Part shown: positions 62,457 through 64,000 of the stretch, piece after piece | How positions within the stretch are numbered: the first letter of the stretch is position 1 | How the letters are laid out: every line of letters begins with the position of its first letter | From: Trypanosoma brucei | Lineage: Eukaryota | Length of the DNA: 64,000 bases | Assembly (NCBI GenBank): GCA_000002445.1 | Contig: CP000066.1 | Coordinates: 704,001 to 768,000, forward strand | Direction: 5' to 3' | Program-made: the position numbers and the translations under genes | The notes under the pieces: model-generated | What the model saw: the letters and a program-made list of their open reading frames with translations, nothing else | Told to the model about the DNA's origin: nothing | The model's database searches: none

Positions 62457-63326
62457 TTACCGTTCCTCCATGAACTTCTTGGCCGTTTCATATGTGATCA
62501 TTGACAGGGCACCAGCAGGAGCGGTACACATAACTCTCGCCGTAACCCCGGCAAAGAAACCTTTGGTGCCACGATTGACTAAGACATAGCGCACCGCATC
62601 GGGGATATTCTTTCTAAGACCGAGTTGCAGCTGAGTCTTTACAACGTCTAACGGTGACGAGACAATAGAAGCCACAGTGCCTGCCAGGAGGCCCCCGGTT
62701 ATGTAATCTCCCGCAACTTCCGTTTCCCTATTGCGCCGCTCACCACCCAAGTATGCAAGAAACCCCTCATAAACTAACCAGTAGGCTGAGAAATGTGGAA
62801 TGTTCATTAAAATAGTGGTGGGCAAAGAGAGGAGAAGGCACCGCACGCCCCCTTCCGCAACTGCACATTGACCACACTGAAGCGATGAAGCAAACTTCCG
62901 GCTCCCGTCCATCTGCATCCGCTGCTTGATAACATCAAATGGGGTGGAAATGGTGTCATGAGCAGCGACCGCACAACTGGCAGAGACCGTTATAGACACT
63001 GTGGAATCCTCACCAAAGACACGCTTCGCAGCCTCATATGTGCTGTAATATGCACCATGCGCTGGAACGGCAGAAACGATGATGGGCGCGAATCCGCGGT
63101 AAAGATGTGCAAGTCGCTCATTCCGCGAAATACGCTTTGCCGCTAATATGACATTCGTCGAGTCCCCACTCTGAACCCGTGTCTTCAAAGTGTCAAACGG
63201 GAACATAAAGAAATGTTCCACAAAACCGGCGAGGCATCCCGCGACAATTTCGCCAGTATCGACGCGCAGCGCAAGCGGCGACTCGCCCTCCAGGCGACCT
63301 GCAGCGGAAGTGCCCTCGGAAACCAT
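62457..63326 (-). CDS. mitochondrial carrier family protein, mitoferrin-like (about 289 aa)
   Basis: Three carrier repeats, each with a Px[DE]xx[KR] signature (FPFDTLKTRVQ, TPFDVIKQRMQ, SPLDVVKTQLQ). The first signature (MFPFDTLKTRVQ) resembles the mitoferrin MxPxDTxKTRMQ motif. The ORF track start 63389 is a TTG. The first ATG is 63326 (MVSEGTSAAG...). From memory the neighbouring T. brucei gene is annotated MCP17 (unverified). Confidence 0.8.
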   Translation of the reverse strand: MVSEGTSAAGRLEGESPLALRVDTGEIVAGCLAGFVEHFFMFPFDTLKTRVQSGDSTNVILAAKRISRNERLAHLYRGFAPIIVSAVPAHGAYYSTYEAAKRVFGEDSTVSITVSASCAVAAHDTISTPFDVIKQRMQMDGSRKFASSLQCGQCAVAEGGVRCLLLSLPTTILMNIPHFSAYWLVYEGFLAYLGGERRNRETEVAGDYITGGLLAGTVASIVSSPLDVVKTQLQLGLRKNIPDAVRYVLVNRGTKGFFAGVTARVMCTAPAGALSMITYETAKKFMEER

Positions 63327-64000
63327 GACACTATTCTTATACGCACCCAATACGGCGCGGCCCTGGTTGCTACAATAAAACAGAAGCAAACATCAGCAGA
63401 TAATACACACATCACCGCAGCCAAGCAAAACAACGGCAACACGGGGAACGAGCGAGAGAAAAGAAAAAAAAGAAAAGATGAACAGAGGCAAGAAATGAAC
63501 GTGGAGTGGTGCATGGAAGACAAAAATATGCAAACGTCTGCGACGACGCTTTCGTGAAGACGCATATGGAAACAAAATAGAGGGGTAATGACGCATCAGC
63601 GACAGTACCACGACAAGAAAAGGAAGGGGGTAACTGCACCAACAATAATAAAACAAAAAAACAGATATACACAGAAAGAGAGGGGTTGCTAGCAGACAAG
63701 TGACTGCCTTAAATCAAAAGAATATAAAAGAGGGGGAGTACTGTACCACAAGTACCCTCAAACTCCTCCCTGCTTATCTCACCGTCCAAAAGTGGTGCAC
63801 CTCACATACTCCCTTCCGCAACTCTTATTATTTTCCATCACCTCTCCACCTCACGACACGGAACACCCATTGCGACAAGAGCCGATACGATCATCCGCGA
63901 CGAAATAAAACCCGACACCCTCGATCCATCACGAGTGTTTGATATGAGATGCATCCCAACGATATGATCCCCAAACTGATCCACAACCGGCGATCCGCTG

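Noticed and set aside
1-64000. CRISPR arrays, prokaryotic defence systems, transposons or insertion sequences
   Set aside because: The sequence is eukaryotic (kinetoplastid). The only repeats are microsatellites and homopolymers, with no repeat-spacer periodicity and no transposase- or RT-like ORFs. No ingi/RIME/SLACS-like sequence was recognised.
1-64000. tRNA, snoRNA or other small RNA genes
   Set aside because: I found no convincing tRNA T-loop/acceptor signatures (for example GGTTCGAATCC or its complement). Candidate UGAUGA boxes, such as at 2165-2185 and 39211-39243, are parts of trinucleotide microsatellites. A snoRNA cluster cannot be excluded without a covariance-model scan.

Overview
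The window reads as a nuclear chromosome segment from an African trypanosome (Trypanosoma brucei or a very close relative), not a prokaryotic island. All 24 genes I can support lie on the minus strand, which is the signature of a kinetoplastid polycistronic transcription unit (PTU). Genes are intron-less and GC-rich, separated by AT-rich spacers carrying polypyrimidine tracts (PPTs) on the coding strand and many (TA)n, (CA)n and trinucleotide microsatellites.

The organism call rests on a few confidently recognised proteins. The strongest is an inosine-adenosine-guanosine nucleoside hydrolase that matches, from memory, the T. brucei IAG-NH sequence. Alongside it are an eIF2-alpha with the kinetoplastid N-terminal extension and Thr169 in place of Ser51, a single-RRM Q-rich protein that looks like RBP6, and a mitoferrin-like mitochondrial carrier. 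Also recognised are a soluble inorganic pyrophosphatase, a Peter Pan (PPAN)/SSF1-type Brix protein, a NIF/FCP1 HAD phosphatase, an SFT2-like protein, a MORN protein, a PHO80-like cyclin, two leucine-rich-repeat (LRR) proteins and a Fet3-like multicopper oxidase. The gene order is consistent, from memory only, with the T. brucei chromosome 3 neighbourhood around eIF2-alpha, RBP6 and IAG-NH; this is unverified.

I found no CRISPR array, tRNA, rRNA, mobile element or prokaryotic defence system. The most interesting items are these. A 3'-truncated MYND/MetAP1-type zinc-finger gene at the window start was missed by the ORF track because it has no stop inside the window. The ORF track inflates several ORFs by using GTG/TTG starts. 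There is a probable small gene at 39318-39632. A roughly 9 kb AT-rich, gene-poor stretch surrounds the RBP6-like gene and contains an inverted pair of hexamer microsatellites that could form a long RNA hairpin. There is a membrane-anchored multicopper oxidase with all four copper motifs. There is a Cys-rich type II membrane protein with a degenerate PC-esterase-like motif.
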